Part shown: positions 39,717-51,448 of the stretch, in pieces
How positions within the stretch are numbered: the stretch's first letter is position 1
Layout: each line of letters begins with the position of its first letter
NCBI GenBank assembly: GCA_000165345.1
Contig: CM000432.1
Span: 896,001-960,000 of the forward strand
Direction: 5' to 3'
Length of the DNA stretch: 64,000 nt
Made by a program: the position numbers and the translations under genes
Notes under the pieces: generated by a model
Databases searched by the model: none
What the model was told of the DNA's origin: nothing
The model's input: the letters and a program-made list of their open reading frames with translations, nothing else

Positions 39717-42700
39717 TTAACTAAAGTTAACATTGATTAACAATACAAACATTAAAATTGACCCAAAAAGCAAAGGTAACTTTACTGGAGTATTCAGAAT
39801 ATAAAAGGGGGAAGTGAGGAATGGTAAAAGTCTCATTGTAGTTTCAACTGAATTCAGAAGATTTGAACATATTGGAAGAATATCATAAACGTCTGGTACC
39901 CATTGCCAAAATTCAATAGTTAATATATGTATTTCAACCATAATATGCATTATATATAATAATGAAGCAGAAAGTAGTAGTGTTGAAATTGGAACAACAT
40001 TCCATAGTCTTATGGTTTTTATTGGCAGAGAATTAATTTCAACATAGCAGTAAACCAATACAAAAGAGATAGTTACAATTGCCAAAACATCTCTGAAAAG
40101 GTCAATAGGCTTCCAAAAATATTTGCATATTCTATGGGAAGTTCTTCTTGAATCAGCCCAAATAAAGAAAGGATATATTTGTGCTTCAAGGACTTGGTAG
40201 TATGAAGTTTCAGAATTACTTTCAATATTGCATAGATTAGCCTTGGAATAATTAATTTCGAAATGTTCAAAGTCTTGGTACTGAATTTCTGTGGAATAAT
40301 GATTTAATTTAAGGAAATTACTGAGCCTAATTTCTGGGCTCTTACTATTAATGGAATTCACAGGGGTTGTAGAGTTAGAAGGTTGAAGTAAATTTAAAGT
40401 ATTTTGAGGTGGATTTAATGAAAAACTATCAGTTACTTGAGTTGTCTTATTATTCCCAGTTTGAATATTCGCATTTGAGATTTCCAAAGGTCCACCATAT
40501 GCAATTTCTCCTACACTTTGCAATCTAATATTGGGATTACTCTGAGTTTTAAGTGAGTTATTTGAAGAATTCTTGGTTAAATACGCACTTGGTGAATTAT
40601 TTCCATTTGAACTTAATATAGAGTTCTTATCATCAATTATAAAAGACTTATTTGTAGATTTTTTATCTCTTGATTGTTTTTTTTCTCCTGAAAATAATGG
40701 AGTACCAATTGAATTGGCTCTGCTCACTTCCTTTGATGAGTAAGATTGAGAAATTAAAATTTTGCTATTTTTAGCATTTGGAAGTAAAATACTTAAAGGA
40801 GTTGAGAGAGCAGAATTAAAGATACTTGAGAGTGAATGGAAATGATATAAAGCAAGAATTACTGATATGATTGGGGAAGAAATCATTGAAAGTAATTGCC
40901 AATAGTATATAAATGCTGTAAAATGGAGAAATGAAACTGTTAATGGGTAAAATCTTGTAAATTGGAAAAGATGAGGATATTGGAATTGATAAAGCTTTCT
41001 ACATGAGTTTATATTACCAAATATAAATGTTAAATCTGCAGAGCTATATTTCCAGTCTCTAGAAATTGAAAATTCTGGACTACTATAACAATTAAAAGGT
41101 AACTTCATGGTAATTAGAAATGAAAATATGAGACAAATAACTTGAACAATAAATAATAAACGGTAACATTTGAAAGTTTTTTCAACATTATTATAACATA
41201 ATTTTGAAATTTCCAAAAATCCAATTTCTGGAATCTCTGTATAAGTATTTTCTGGAGAAAGATTATTCCTGGAAACTAGAAGCTTTTTAATTTGCTTTGA
41301 AGATATATCTTTCATATCAGTTGTTTGAGAAAGCGTGGCATTTCTAAGATTACTATGAAGATAAATTGCTCTCTTTGCTGTTTTAATTACTTGAGCATTT
41401 GTTTGTTCATAAAGAATCATAATTTCTGGTAATAATAAACTATTATTACATTTAAAACAAGAATTCAATTGGTCATACATATTCTCATCAATTCTAAATC
41501 CATGAAAAGTATAAATGATGATTGCTATACAAGTTAGTAATACAAAGCATACGATTTCTTCGTAAATTTGAGAAATTACAATCCATATAAAGAATGTAAG
41601 AATTGAAATTAGCTTTATAAAATTAAAGGCTTTTGAGAATTTGATAATAAGTGAAATAAGTGAATATTGGAATGACTCATAGAGATTTTCGTGATTACTT
41701 CTATACTTTCTCACTGGGAATTCTGAAACTTTATTAATTAAAAAACAAGCTTTAATGGAATTTAAAAGTCCTAACTTAATATTATTTTTTGAAGGAAATG
41801 GGATATTTAGCATAAAAACCAAGCCAAAATCCATTGTAAAATTACATCCCAAATCAGACAATACAGTTTCTTGGTTTATTTGACTTGAATATTTTATCAG
41901 CTTATTCTTAGCTGGATTACAAATCGAATAAAAACTTAAATTTGAATTGCAGTATATGGAAAAAAGTGTCAAAGCTGTAACGAAGCAAAGGATTACAAAT
42001 ACTATATCAGATTTTGTTAGCTTATTTTCCCAAGGAAGATTGGATATTTCTCTTAATTTCTCTATTAAACTCAGCTTGATTGGACAACCTTCATTAGTTT
42101 TACTTGTTCCGAAACTTTCAATAAACTCCATTTGGCCTTTCTCATTCTCAACATTATACATATTATCGTAATTATTATTGGAATTCCAAAAATGATAATT
42201 TTCGCTCTCCGAATTACCAAAATCTTCTTTAAACCCAAAAATATTCTTTTTATCATCAATTCCTACTGAAGAACCCAAATTATCCTCATCTATAGTATCT
42301 TTTTTATTTGAAGAAAAATTCATCTCCCAGTACCCACTCTTTGAATAATAATGTCTAACATTACCACTTTGAGTACCATAATATAAACAATAACTTGGAA
42401 GTCCACCAAATAGTTCAAGAATACTTGAAGGTTTATAATCTATTAAAGCAAGTAAATTTAAGCTCTCCATCAACTGTTCAGCAGAAAATAATTTTACGAA
42501 TCTTGAGGACAAAAGTGCATGCAATACCGGTAATGTGTCTCTCTGACCTTTATATTTATATAAAATTGTGGCGGCCCTTTGCAGAGGGGAATATGCATGC
42601 TCATCAAATGGCGGGAAATCACTCGGAAGAGCATCCAATAAGGCTAGAACATGAATTGCATCTGATGGAGATTTATAACTAACTCTGGTAAGGATTTCTC

Positions 42701-45700
42701 CGATAGTATCGGGTCTGAGCTTAACAATCGAATAAATTGCATCGGTACTAGCTTCACCAAATGGATATAAGAAATGGCTAGGGATAATACTAGGGTGAGC
42801 ATAAGAAGAAGTTGGTAATGAAGAAGGAGAAGAACCGGAATTGAATCCTGAAGGATTTGAGTTTGGTTGTAAGTTTGAGGAGGAAGAAGATGGGTTACAT
42901 TGTTGTTGGTTTGGATGAGAAGTTGAATATCTAAAAAATTGTGGATTTTCATGCAAATATGATCTTCCTTCAAATGGTTCATTAAAAAGATCTCTTGAGA
43001 CTCCTGGATTTGAGAAATACCTAGCAGATTCATCAGCATATTGATCATAAATATCTGGGCTACTTTTCGTTTTGAAGTTTGACGTTTTATACAAACGAGA
43101 ATTTGAGGATTTGTCATTTAATTCTTGGTAAATTGTGTCATGGAAGTTCATCATGTTATTGAAGCTATGATTTTCAATATGACTATTGCTATTTCTCTTG
43201 CAGTATTTGCAATTATTTCTACAGTTTCTCGTATACTTTAAGGAGTCTCTGTATGCTTTGTAGTCTCTATTCTTTGAGTTAAAGGGATCATTACAAATGG
43301 AATTTTCCATCAAATTTCTATTTTTAGAGAAAAGTTCCGTATTCAGAGCCAAAGAATTATTTGAATTGTATTTGAAGGAGCTGTGAGAATTATCAGAATC
43401 AAGTCCAACAGCGTACTCTAATAGTTTTCTAATATTCTCAATGGATTTATGTGAAGGACCTCTTCCAATAACAATTTTTGCAATGCTTTCAGGACTGTCG
43501 TCAACTTTAACATAATTAATGGAGAAGATTGACCTTAATCTTGGAGGAAGGATAGTTAAAGGAAGATCTTCAGGAGGAATAGTGTTAGAAGGAGTTCTAT
43601 TTTGAGACTCTTCATTCTGAAGGAGAAAATTTATATTTGTCCTCCATTTATTATCAAAGAAATTCTTCGTTCCAGTACCACTATTTGCAAAGAATTCTTT
43701 TGGTTCTCTAAGAATTTTCTTTTCAGTTCGATTTGATAAATCTCTTATTAGTTTCTTCTTCTTAAGCTTGAGAGAAAGAACAATATCATCATTTAAATCA
43801 TTTCCAAATAAATTACCATCTTGATGTTCAAAGTGGGAAAATTGGTTCTCATTAAGCTGTAACATGGATGTAATATCAACATTCTTCACATTCTTTAAAA
43901 TATGGACCGAATTCATCACTCTTCTTCTCCATATTGAAGTGCTTCCCATTGTTTCTTCGGAGTATTTCACTGCTATTTCCAGAAGATAGTAAATAATTCT
44001 TGTGGATAACTTCCTACTGACTGCATAATATATTGGATCAGTCATACTGGATCTATTTGACCAGATATTAATGAAAGAGTATGAAATATTAAACTTTTCT
44101 TTCAAGGTATGAATAATACTCTTTAATGCTCTTAAAGGCTGCTTTGATTTTGCCAAAATCTGTAAAATAAGAGGAGAATTGGTTTTTGGATCTTTAAATT
44201 GAAGCATATCAATAATTAGCTTCTTTGGTATTCTCTGAGCCTTTTTGATGATTAAATTTAATGGATAAATACCATATCTATCATCTCTATGGGGATTACA
44301 ATTCTGATAACCTAACCATCTATTACGTATTGCTCTACTATAAAAGTCAAGAATTATTTGTATTTGCTTAATATTACCATAATAAGCAGACCACCAGAAA
44401 GCTCCTCTTCCTTCTTCATCAGTTACTTGACAAATCATTGCTACCTTCTTTTTGCTTTCCATTTTGAGTAATCTATTCAAAATTGAATCTGAGATTCGGA
44501 TTTTAACAATATCAAGAACGTGTCTCGCCTCTTTTTCATAATCCTTCAGTTGTTTGAAGAAGTGATCACGGTTAAATTGTTTTTTAAAAGTCTTTCCTAT
44601 AAGTTTAAGATCAGATTTATCTTGGAAAGTTACATATTCTAATATAATGGATCTAATATCATTATCAGAGGTATTAATATCATAATTAGCATGATTTACA
44701 ATCCTTTCAATCATTTTACCGTCATTTTCACGAATTGCAAGATCCATTACATCTAGACCAGAGATAGGTGAAATTCTTAATGGATCTCCTCCATTGTCCA
44801 TGATCAAGCTTAGCATTGCTCCATTATGGTTTTCTAAAGCTATCATTAAAGGATTTAAACCAGTTCTTGGATCCCATGTATTAACACAAGCTCCATTTGA
44901 GATTAAGATCTCAGCCATTTCAAGATCATTATTTTCAACAGCATAGAATAGAGAGGTATGATTATAGTTATCAACCATATTTACAAGTTTTTTTTGATCA
45001 CATTCTAAATTATGAGTCAAAAGTTCTGGAAAATGAGAATCTGATTGTGTAGATTGACTCTTGGGTAGTTGAGTATATGTGGAAGAACCATCATTTTGAA
45101 GTTGATTCAAAAAATCAAGATCTAGGTCTTTTTTCTTATTAGAGCAATTAGAATATATGGTTGATCTTGAAGAATTAAAATAGCTTAAGGAAGATGAGGG
45201 AGAAGAAGGTAAAGTTGTGGAATTTGAGAATTTGGGAAAAGATAAAGTGGAATGATTAAGATCAGAAGATGAAATATTGGTAATATTAAAGCCAGAGGAT
45301 GAATAGGAATATGTATCAAAATCTTCCGGAGTATTTGGATCATTTTTGGATGTATCATTAACATTTGAAATTTCAGCAAGAATGAATTTGACAATTGAAT
45401 GGTTGGATTTACTTACAGCTAGAGTAAATAATTGAGGAAACTTTTCAAAAATGTGAATATCGAGACCATATTCAATAAGTTTCTTAAGTATATGCAAAGA
45501 TCCACTCCTTTTACGTCTTATAAGATTATATAGAATATGGTATCCTCCTTCAGTATCTAAGACTTTGCTTTTAATATTATTAAGTTTCTTGCAATAGATA
45601 AGATTTCTTTTTTTATATTCAGTATTATAAGTGGTAATATTAAGCATAAGAGGTTCAATAATATCCAAAATAGCTCTTGAGCTCATATCAGTTTCAAGAA

Positions 45701-46280
45701 AATCTGCAATTAGATATAATGGATGAATGTAATATGTAAGTTTTTCTTCTAACGGTACTTTTTGTACTGGCCTTTTGTAATAAATTGGAATAATTGCATT
45801 TTTTCGAATTCTAGCATTAAATGAAAAAAGCATAGATCCATCATGGTTAATAGCAGAATAGAGCTTGTTATCTGAGATATCCTCATGGTCGTTTTCAAAA
45901 TATACTAAACTCTCAAAGAAATCTTCAGTATCGTCAAGTTTTCCTGTTAACAACAGATTCTTTGTAACCTCAGGAAGTTCAACAAGTTCATTAATAAATT
46001 CAGGAAACATCATTTCCTCTCCACCAAGAATTTTATTATCCTTATATAGCTTATCTTCAGATAACTGTTCTAATCCTGCTCTTTTATAGTAGTAATTATC
46101 ATGAACATTGTTGCAATTAGCAATAGGTCCTCTAATTTCAGATCTTTCGACAAATTGAATACTTTTTAAAGCCTCCAAAAAACTCAGAATTAGGAAACAA
46201 ATTAGAATAGTAAAATTAATTCTCTTGGATTCATTATTTCTTAAGAAGACATTTTTTGTCTTATTTTGTGTGTTTTTCAT
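39717..46280 (-). CDS. giant ankyrin-repeat polytopic membrane protein B (2187 aa), tandem paralog of 33578..38788
   Basis: Same architecture: signal, ankyrin block (NHTSLFYAVENNDLEMAEILISNGACVNTWDPRTGLNPLMIALENHNGAMLSLIMDNGGDP), C-terminal multi-TM region. Shared block VAMICQVTDEEGRGAFWWSAYYGN...FYSRAIRN...CNPHRDDRYGIYPLNLII aligns with VICSSTDQNGLTILWWACKLHYPK...FYIQARKL...CNPHKTGNNQIMPIELLI in gene A. Confidence 0.75.
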   Translation of the reverse strand: MKNTQNKTKNVFLRNNESKRINFTILICFLILSFLEALKSIQFVERSEIRGPIANCNNVHDNYYYKRAGLEQLSEDKLYKDNKILGGEEMMFPEFINELVELPEVTKNLLLTGKLDDTEDFFESLVYFENDHEDISDNKLYSAINHDGSMLFSFNARIRKNAIIPIYYKRPVQKVPLEEKLTYYIHPLYLIADFLETDMSSRAILDIIEPLMLNITTYNTEYKKRNLIYCKKLNNIKSKVLDTEGGYHILYNLIRRKRSGSLHILKKLIEYGLDIHIFEKFPQLFTLAVSKSNHSIVKFILAEISNVNDTSKNDPNTPEDFDTYSYSSSGFNITNISSSDLNHSTLSFPKFSNSTTLPSSPSSSLSYFNSSRSTIYSNCSNKKKDLDLDFLNQLQNDGSSTYTQLPKSQSTQSDSHFPELLTHNLECDQKKLVNMVDNYNHTSLFYAVENNDLEMAEILISNGACVNTWDPRTGLNPLMIALENHNGAMLSLIMDNGGDPLRISPISGLDVMDLAIRENDGKMIERIVNHANYDINTSDNDIRSIILEYVTFQDKSDLKLIGKTFKKQFNRDHFFKQLKDYEKEARHVLDIVKIRISDSILNRLLKMESKKKVAMICQVTDEEGRGAFWWSAYYGNIKQIQIILDFYSRAIRNRWLGYQNCNPHRDDRYGIYPLNLIIKKAQRIPKKLIIDMLQFKDPKTNSPLILQILAKSKQPLRALKSIIHTLKEKFNISYSFINIWSNRSSMTDPIYYAVSRKLSTRIIYYLLEIAVKYSEETMGSTSIWRRRVMNSVHILKNVKNVDITSMLQLNENQFSHFEHQDGNLFGNDLNDDIVLSLKLKKKKLIRDLSNRTEKKILREPKEFFANSGTGTKNFFDNKWRTNINFLLQNEESQNRTPSNTIPPEDLPLTILPPRLRSIFSINYVKVDDSPESIAKIVIGRGPSHKSIENIRKLLEYAVGLDSDNSHSSFKYNSNNSLALNTELFSKNRNLMENSICNDPFNSKNRDYKAYRDSLKYTRNCRNNCKYCKRNSNSHIENHSFNNMMNFHDTIYQELNDKSSNSRLYKTSNFKTKSSPDIYDQYADESARYFSNPGVSRDLFNEPFEGRSYLHENPQFFRYSTSHPNQQQCNPSSSSSNLQPNSNPSGFNSGSSPSSLPTSSYAHPSIIPSHFLYPFGEASTDAIYSIVKLRPDTIGEILTRVSYKSPSDAIHVLALLDALPSDFPPFDEHAYSPLQRAATILYKYKGQRDTLPVLHALLSSRFVKLFSAEQLMESLNLLALIDYKPSSILELFGGLPSYCLYYGTQSGNVRHYYSKSGYWEMNFSSNKKDTIDEDNLGSSVGIDDKKNIFGFKEDFGNSESENYHFWNSNNNYDNMYNVENEKGQMEFIESFGTSKTNEGCPIKLSLIEKLREISNLPWENKLTKSDIVFVILCFVTALTLFSIYCNSNLSFYSICNPAKNKLIKYSSQINQETVLSDLGCNFTMDFGLVFMLNIPFPSKNNIKLGLLNSIKACFLINKVSEFPVRKYRSNHENLYESFQYSLISLIIKFSKAFNFIKLISILTFFIWIVISQIYEEIVCFVLLTCIAIIIYTFHGFRIDENMYDQLNSCFKCNNSLLLPEIMILYEQTNAQVIKTAKRAIYLHSNLRNATLSQTTDMKDISSKQIKKLLVSRNNLSPENTYTEIPEIGFLEISKLCYNNVEKTFKCYRLLFIVQVICLIFSFLITMKLPFNCYSSPEFSISRDWKYSSADLTFIFGNINSCRKLYQFQYPHLFQFTRFYPLTVSFLHFTAFIYYWQLLSMISSPIISVILALYHFHSLSSIFNSALSTPLSILLPNAKNSKILISQSYSSKEVSRANSIGTPLFSGEKKQSRDKKSTNKSFIIDDKNSILSSNGNNSPSAYLTKNSSNNSLKTQSNPNIRLQSVGEIAYGGPLEISNANIQTGNNKTTQVTDSFSLNPPQNTLNLLQPSNSTTPVNSINSKSPEIRLSNFLKLNHYSTEIQYQDFEHFEINYSKANLCNIESNSETSYYQVLEAQIYPFFIWADSRRTSHRICKYFWKPIDLFRDVLAIVTISFVLVYCYVEINSLPIKTIRLWNVVPISTLLLSASLLYIMHIMVEIHILTIEFWQWVPDVYDILPICSNLLNSVETTMRLLPFLTSPFYILNTPVKLPLLFGSILMFVLLINVNFS

Positions 46281-46476
46281 TTTTTGGTCAGTTTTCTGTT
46301 TATCATTGAAACAAATTAATTTGAAGAAATGAAAAAGCCACTATAATCTATAGCAATTAAAGAATTTCTTGAATAGTAACATAAAAATATCTTTTCTTTA
46401 TTCTCACCTTTTCTTTTACTAGTTCTTTTTTTTCTGCCTTATCTTGAAATTTGTACATAATATTTTAAAAATTCAG

Positions 46477-46553
46477 GGTACCGTTTGGCGGGAACATGTC
46501 TCATAATGTGGGCAAAAAAAAATAGTCATGCATGCAATAATGACGTGTCAGGA
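46477..46553. promoter_or_regulatory. promoter motif cluster upstream of ankyrin-TM gene B: GGTACCG, G-box TTTGGCGGGAAC, TCATGCATGCAAT
   Basis: gGGTACCGtttGGCGGGAAcatg...agTCATGCATGCAataatgacgtg, about 200 to 270 bp upstream of the ATG at 46280. A second GGCGGGCTCT (46730-46739) repeats the element GGCGGGCTCT seen at 11034. Confidence 0.55.
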
Positions 46554-46784
46554 AGGAATAATAATTTAAAAAGAAAGGAAAGACATTTCCTTAAGATATT
46601 AAAATATAAAAGAAATATTTTAAATAAAAAATAAGAAAGGTAACAAATAAGTGATAGAACTTAAAGATTATAGAATAACTCTAAATAATTATAGATGAGT
46701 TTTCCAGCTCTTTGTTTTCCCAGAAAGTGGCGGGCTCTTGGGAATAGAAACGTGTAACATGCAAAGCGTAAAAAAAACAAAAGT

Positions 46785-48458
46785 TTAACCGTCCCTAGAG
46801 TCACCAAAAGACTCCATATTTGGATTTTGCTCAATATTGTTCTGAACAGGATCTTTTTTCTTAGATACAGAGCTAAGAACATCGTCTATTCTGAGGAGCA
46901 TAAGAGTGGCTTCTACAGCAGTCTTATAGACTTGTTGCTTGACAGCAAGTGTATCCCAGATGCCGAGTTCCGTAACATTTGTAATAGCGCCAGTACATCC
47001 ATTAATTCCATGAACAGGTTTCTGCCCCCTGGTTGCAGATGAAGGTAGATAATGAGATTTTAATAAAGTCAAAGTCTTCATTACATTAGCTCCACAATTT
47101 TGAGCTAGAGTCTTTGGTATAATTTCCAGAGCTTGGGCGAAAGCTTTGTAGGCCCATACTTGGGTATCATCAATAGAAAATGACTTTTCATTCAAGTAAC
47201 AAGAAATGGCCATTTCTGTACCACCTCCGCCAGGAAGTAGAGCTGGATCAAGAAGGATATTTCTTGCAACAGCAAGAGCGTCATGGAGATTTCTCTCGAG
47301 CTCATTTAAGACGTCCTTGGATCCTCCTCGTAAAAGAATGGAGCATGCCTTTGGAGTTTTTGATTCGGTCAGGAAGCAAAAGTATTCATCTCCAATCTTC
47401 TTGACCTCGAATCTTCCGCAGCAAGTACCTACATCATTTGGTGTAAGCTCTTCTGTTCTGCTAGCAATAGTAGCTCCAGTGACTCTAGCGATTCTATTAT
47501 TATCGCTCTTCCTGACCCTTCTAATTACAGAAATTCCTGCCTTAACAAGGAAGTGTTGAGCAAGATCAGAAACACCTTTTTCTGTGAATACAACATTGCA
47601 ACCAGTTGCAATAATATCCTTACACATAGCTTCAACTTCTTCCTCCTCCTGTCTTAATAGAGCCTCCCAGTCTGCCTCCTTAGTGATTTCTACATTTGTC
47701 TGACTTTCGCCTTTCTTGTATTCAAGAGTACAGTCCAATAACAAAACCTTTGGATTAATGATCAATCTCTTCATTCGCGGGTGGACTACATCCTTGTTAA
47801 CAACTACACCATCTAAAACATAGCTATCCTCAATCTCACCTCCTGGAATCTTTTCAATTCTTACATATCTCTTAATATCAATTTCTTTTGGTGAACCTGA
47901 ATTAGCAATTGAGACAGTCTCAGCTGCTTTTAATGCCATAGAACTAATTAAACTACCCCATCTTCCAGAAAATTTAGTTTTTAAACAGGAGTCAACTACA
48001 CTAACCAAAGATTCTTTGTTATTTACATCCAATTTAACGCTCATTTCCTCCATGAACTTTATAGAGTCATCTAGTGCTCTTAAATAACCCTTTGCTATAA
48101 TTGTTGGATGTATGTTTTTCTGTAAGAGTGGCTCTGCACAAGCCAAGAACTCTCCTGCTAGAACTACAACACTTGTTGTTCCATCTCCTACTTCTTCATC
48201 TATAGTTCTTGAGAGTTCAATTATAGACTTTGCTCCTGGATGAGCAACATCAACCTCTCTCAAAATACTGTTTCCATCATTTGTAAGAACTATTCCACCC
48301 AAAGGATCTAAAAGCATTTTTAACATTGCTTTTGGGCCCAAAGTTGTTCTAACAACATCTGCAACAGTTTTTCCAGCTTGAATATTTCTTAACTGGGCTT
48401 TTCTTCCTTGATCTCTTTGAGAAGGTTGTTGTACAACCAAAACTTGATTTGGCATCAT
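46785..48458 (-). CDS. CCT3: T-complex protein 1 subunit gamma (CCT3)
   Basis: 557 aa. [43 protein letters not shown]...[17 protein letters not shown]...[16 protein letters not shown]...[14 protein letters not shown]...[16 protein letters not shown]...[19 protein letters not shown] matches CCT-gamma blocks. Confidence 0.92.
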   Translation of the reverse strand: MMPNQVLVVQQPSQRDQGRKAQLRNIQAGKTVADVVRTTLGPKAMLKMLLDPLGGIVLTNDGNSILREVDVAHPGAKSIIELSRTIDEEVGDGTTSVVVLAGEFLACAEPLLQKNIHPTIIAKGYLRALDDSIKFMEEMSVKLDVNNKESLVSVVDSCLKTKFSGRWGSLISSMALKAAETVSIANSGSPKEIDIKRYVRIEKIPGGEIEDSYVLDGVVVNKDVVHPRMKRLIINPKVLLLDCTLEYKKGESQTNVEITKEADWEALLRQEEEEVEAMCKDIIATGCNVVFTEKGVSDLAQHFLVKAGISVIRRVRKSDNNRIARVTGATIASRTEELTPNDVGTCCGRFEVKKIGDEYFCFLTESKTPKACSILLRGGSKDVLNELERNLHDALAVARNILLDPALLPGGGGTEMAISCYLNEKSFSIDDTQVWAYKAFAQALEIIPKTLAQNCGANVMKTLTLLKSHYLPSSATRGQKPVHGINGCTGAITNVTELGIWDTLAVKQQVYKTAVEATLMLLRIDDVLSSVSKKKDPVQNNIEQNPNMESFGDSRDG

Positions 48459-48917
48459 CTTTAATTAATTCAAGTTAATATCCTTCTCTTAATAAGATTT
48501 CTTCCCCACTTAGCGATACTAAGGACTAGCTGATCGACTTTCCTTCAAATTGAGAATTAAATGATGAGTATTAATTAATTTTTTTTTGATAAAAGAGTTT
48601 TAATTAATATTTCACCATATAAAACCTTATTTTAGTGCTTAAACTTATTAGCTTCTTTTCCCCACCTTTTTCCCTCTATTATTTTATTTATTTTCTACTT
48701 ACTCAAACTGTCTATTTAGACTTTTTAATCCTATTAAATAGACGAATTGCTTTATTATTCTTTAAAATTAGACTATATATGTAATTTACTAGCTATGCTA
48801 ATTTTATTATTTATTTAATAGACAATCTGTTCTAGTTATATTATTTTAATTTATTAACTTATTCACATAAATAGCATATATAATAAATAAATTTAATATA
48901 TATGATATATATAAATT

Positions 48918-48925
48918 TGGCGCCA
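48918..48925. promoter_or_regulatory. E2F-like TGGCGCCA in the shared CCT3/CCT7 divergent promoter
   Basis: aaatTTGGCGCCAAgtg lies between divergent genes. GGCGGG at 49206 and its complement CCCGCC at 49145 are in the same 1.3-kb region. Confidence 0.55.
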
Positions 48926-49774
48926 AGTGTGCTTTATTCATGATCACTAAATAATCAAGAATAATTGATTTAATTTAAAAATAAATATCAAAAAGTTTAT
49001 CCTAGTAAATTAGATATTGGAATCAATAATTGGATTCCATATTGTTTACTGTTATATTTTCTTAATTGTCTGTATTAATTTACTCATCTTTCTCTCACCT
49101 CCTTTTTTATCGGTACCCATTATTAAAAAATTATTTTTTGTTGCCCGCCTAAATGTTTTATTAATTAATTTATATTTTGTATTAATTTCAAGTAATTATA
49201 AGTTTTGGCGGGTAATTGATTAAATAATTAAATATAAATTATCAACAATTGTTAAATTAAATTTTAATTAAGAATTAATAAATAAATTTCGAGACGTAAA
49301 ATGTAATAAATATAAATAAAGTTTGACCCCACGGGAATAAGAATTAAATAAAGGTAGAAAAAAAAGTGAATAAAAGGCTTTGGGGGGAAAATAGAAAGTA
49401 AGTCCAAGCTAAATAGTAAATTGCCGATTTTGGAATATACGGGAAGCACTACAACCAAAAACCAGAATTTAAGAGGAGATTTTTCAGAATTAGACCTTTA
49501 CAGGGAAGATTTGAATTTATTTAGCCTTGTAGGAAAAGCTATTTCTGATTATTTTTTTTCTTAATAACAGAAAAACATATATTAATATTGGTAAATTAAT
49601 TAGTATATATAAGCATATATATTTATATAGATTTAATATTTGAGTTACTGCATAACTAAGTAAAAGCTAGTTTGGGTCATAATATTGGAAGAAATATAAA
49701 TATATAGACTTTAATATAGAATCATATTATAATAGATAATTGGTAATAAGAAAAAAAAAAGTAGTATTGAAGAA

Positions 49775-51448
49775 ATGTTGAGAGCTCCAATAATTCTTTT
49801 GAAAGAAGGATCAGATACATCCCAAGGTAAAGGTCAAATCTTGAGTAATATCACAGCATGCCAAGCAATTGTTGATATTGTCAAGACGACTTTGGGTCCA
49901 TATGGCATGGATAAACTTATTCATAGCGGTAACTCTCCAGATGATGTAACAATTACCAATGATGGAGCAACAGTCTTGAATTTACTTGGAATTGTGCATC
50001 CTGCAGCAAAACTATTAGTAGAGATAGCAAAGGCACAAGATGATGAGGTTGGAGATGGTACTACAAGTGTAGTAATTTTAGCAGGCGAATTCTTAAAAGA
50101 AGCAAAGGGCTTTATTGAAGATGGAATGTCTCCACAAGTAATAATATCAGGTTTTAGAAAAGCAAGCCAAATAGCAATAGACAAGGTAAATAGTATGAAG
50201 ATCAGCCTTTCCGAGGAGACTCCAGAAAAGAGACGAAGTATGTTAATAAAATGTGCTGAGACAACTTTGAACTCAAAGTTATTAGCTCATTATAAGACTC
50301 ATTTTGCAGAAGTTGTAGTCGATGCTGTTTCATACTTGGATAATGAAATGGATAAAGACCTCATTGGGATTAAGAAGATTAATGGAGGGTCAGTTATGGA
50401 TAGTTTTCTAGTAAAGGGAGTAGCATTTAAGAAGACATTTTCATACGCAGGTTTTGAACAACAGCCAAAACATTTTGTGAATCCTAGAATCCTCTTATTA
50501 AATCTTGAATTGGAACTTAAGGCAGAGAAGGATAATGCTGAAGTTAGAATCTCTGACCCCACTGCCTACCAAAGTATTGTAGATGCAGAGTGGAAGATTA
50601 TCTTTGAGAAATTGGATCTCATTGCCAATTCAGGAGTAAATGTGGTTTTAAGCAGACTTGCAATTGGAGATTTGGCTACTCAGTACTTTGCTGATAGAAA
50701 TATCTTTTGTGCTGGAAGAGTTGAGGAGCAGGACCTTAAGAGAACCTCTTTGGCAACAGGAGCCATTGTGCAAACAACAGTTTATGGCTTAAACAAAGAT
50801 AGTGGAGTATTTGGTACTTGTTCTGAATTCGAAGAGGTTCAAATTGGAGCTGAGAGATATAATATCTTCAGAGACTGTGCAAAGACAAAGTCATCCACAA
50901 TGATCTTGCGTGGTGGTGCTCAGCAATTTATTGATGAAGCTGAGAGATCCTTGAATGATGCAATTATGATTGTAAGAAGAGCAATGAAATCATCATATAT
51001 TGTTCCTGGAGGAGGAGCTATTGAAATGGCTGTTTCTAAGACTATTAGAGATCACGCTAGAACAATTCTTGGTAAGGAGCAATTAGTCATGAATTCTTAT
51101 GCAAGAGCTCTAGAAGCAATTCCTAGATCCTTAGCAACAAACTCTGGGTTTGACTCCATTGATATCTTAAACAGACTTAGACAAAAGCACTCACAAAACA
51201 CCGAAGATTGTAGTAATTATGGTGTAGATTGCAGCAACGGAGGGATTTGCGATACTTTTAACTCATTCATTTGGGAGCCAGCTGTGAATAAGCTTAGTGC
51301 TTATTCAAGCGCAACAGAAGCTGCATGCTCTATTCTTTCTATTGATGAGACTGTTAAAAACAAGTCCAGTGAGGAGGATAGAATGCAGGGTCCTCTACCT
51401 GGAATGGGTGGTATCCCTCCAGGTATGATGGGCGGAGCAAGGAGATAA
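49775..51448 (+). CDS. CCT7: T-complex protein 1 subunit eta (CCT7)
   Basis: 557 aa. [44 protein letters not shown]...[54 protein letters not shown] closely matches CCT-eta. Gly/Met-rich C-terminal tail ([15 protein letters not shown]) is typical of CCT subunits. Confidence 0.92.
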   Translation: MLRAPIILLKEGSDTSQGKGQILSNITACQAIVDIVKTTLGPYGMDKLIHSGNSPDDVTITNDGATVLNLLGIVHPAAKLLVEIAKAQDDEVGDGTTSVVILAGEFLKEAKGFIEDGMSPQVIISGFRKASQIAIDKVNSMKISLSEETPEKRRSMLIKCAETTLNSKLLAHYKTHFAEVVVDAVSYLDNEMDKDLIGIKKINGGSVMDSFLVKGVAFKKTFSYAGFEQQPKHFVNPRILLLNLELELKAEKDNAEVRISDPTAYQSIVDAEWKIIFEKLDLIANSGVNVVLSRLAIGDLATQYFADRNIFCAGRVEEQDLKRTSLATGAIVQTTVYGLNKDSGVFGTCSEFEEVQIGAERYNIFRDCAKTKSSTMILRGGAQQFIDEAERSLNDAIMIVRRAMKSSYIVPGGGAIEMAVSKTIRDHARTILGKEQLVMNSYARALEAIPRSLATNSGFDSIDILNRLRQKHSQNTEDCSNYGVDCSNGGICDTFNSFIWEPAVNKLSAYSSATEAACSILSIDETVKNKSSEEDRMQGPLPGMGGIPPGMMGGARR

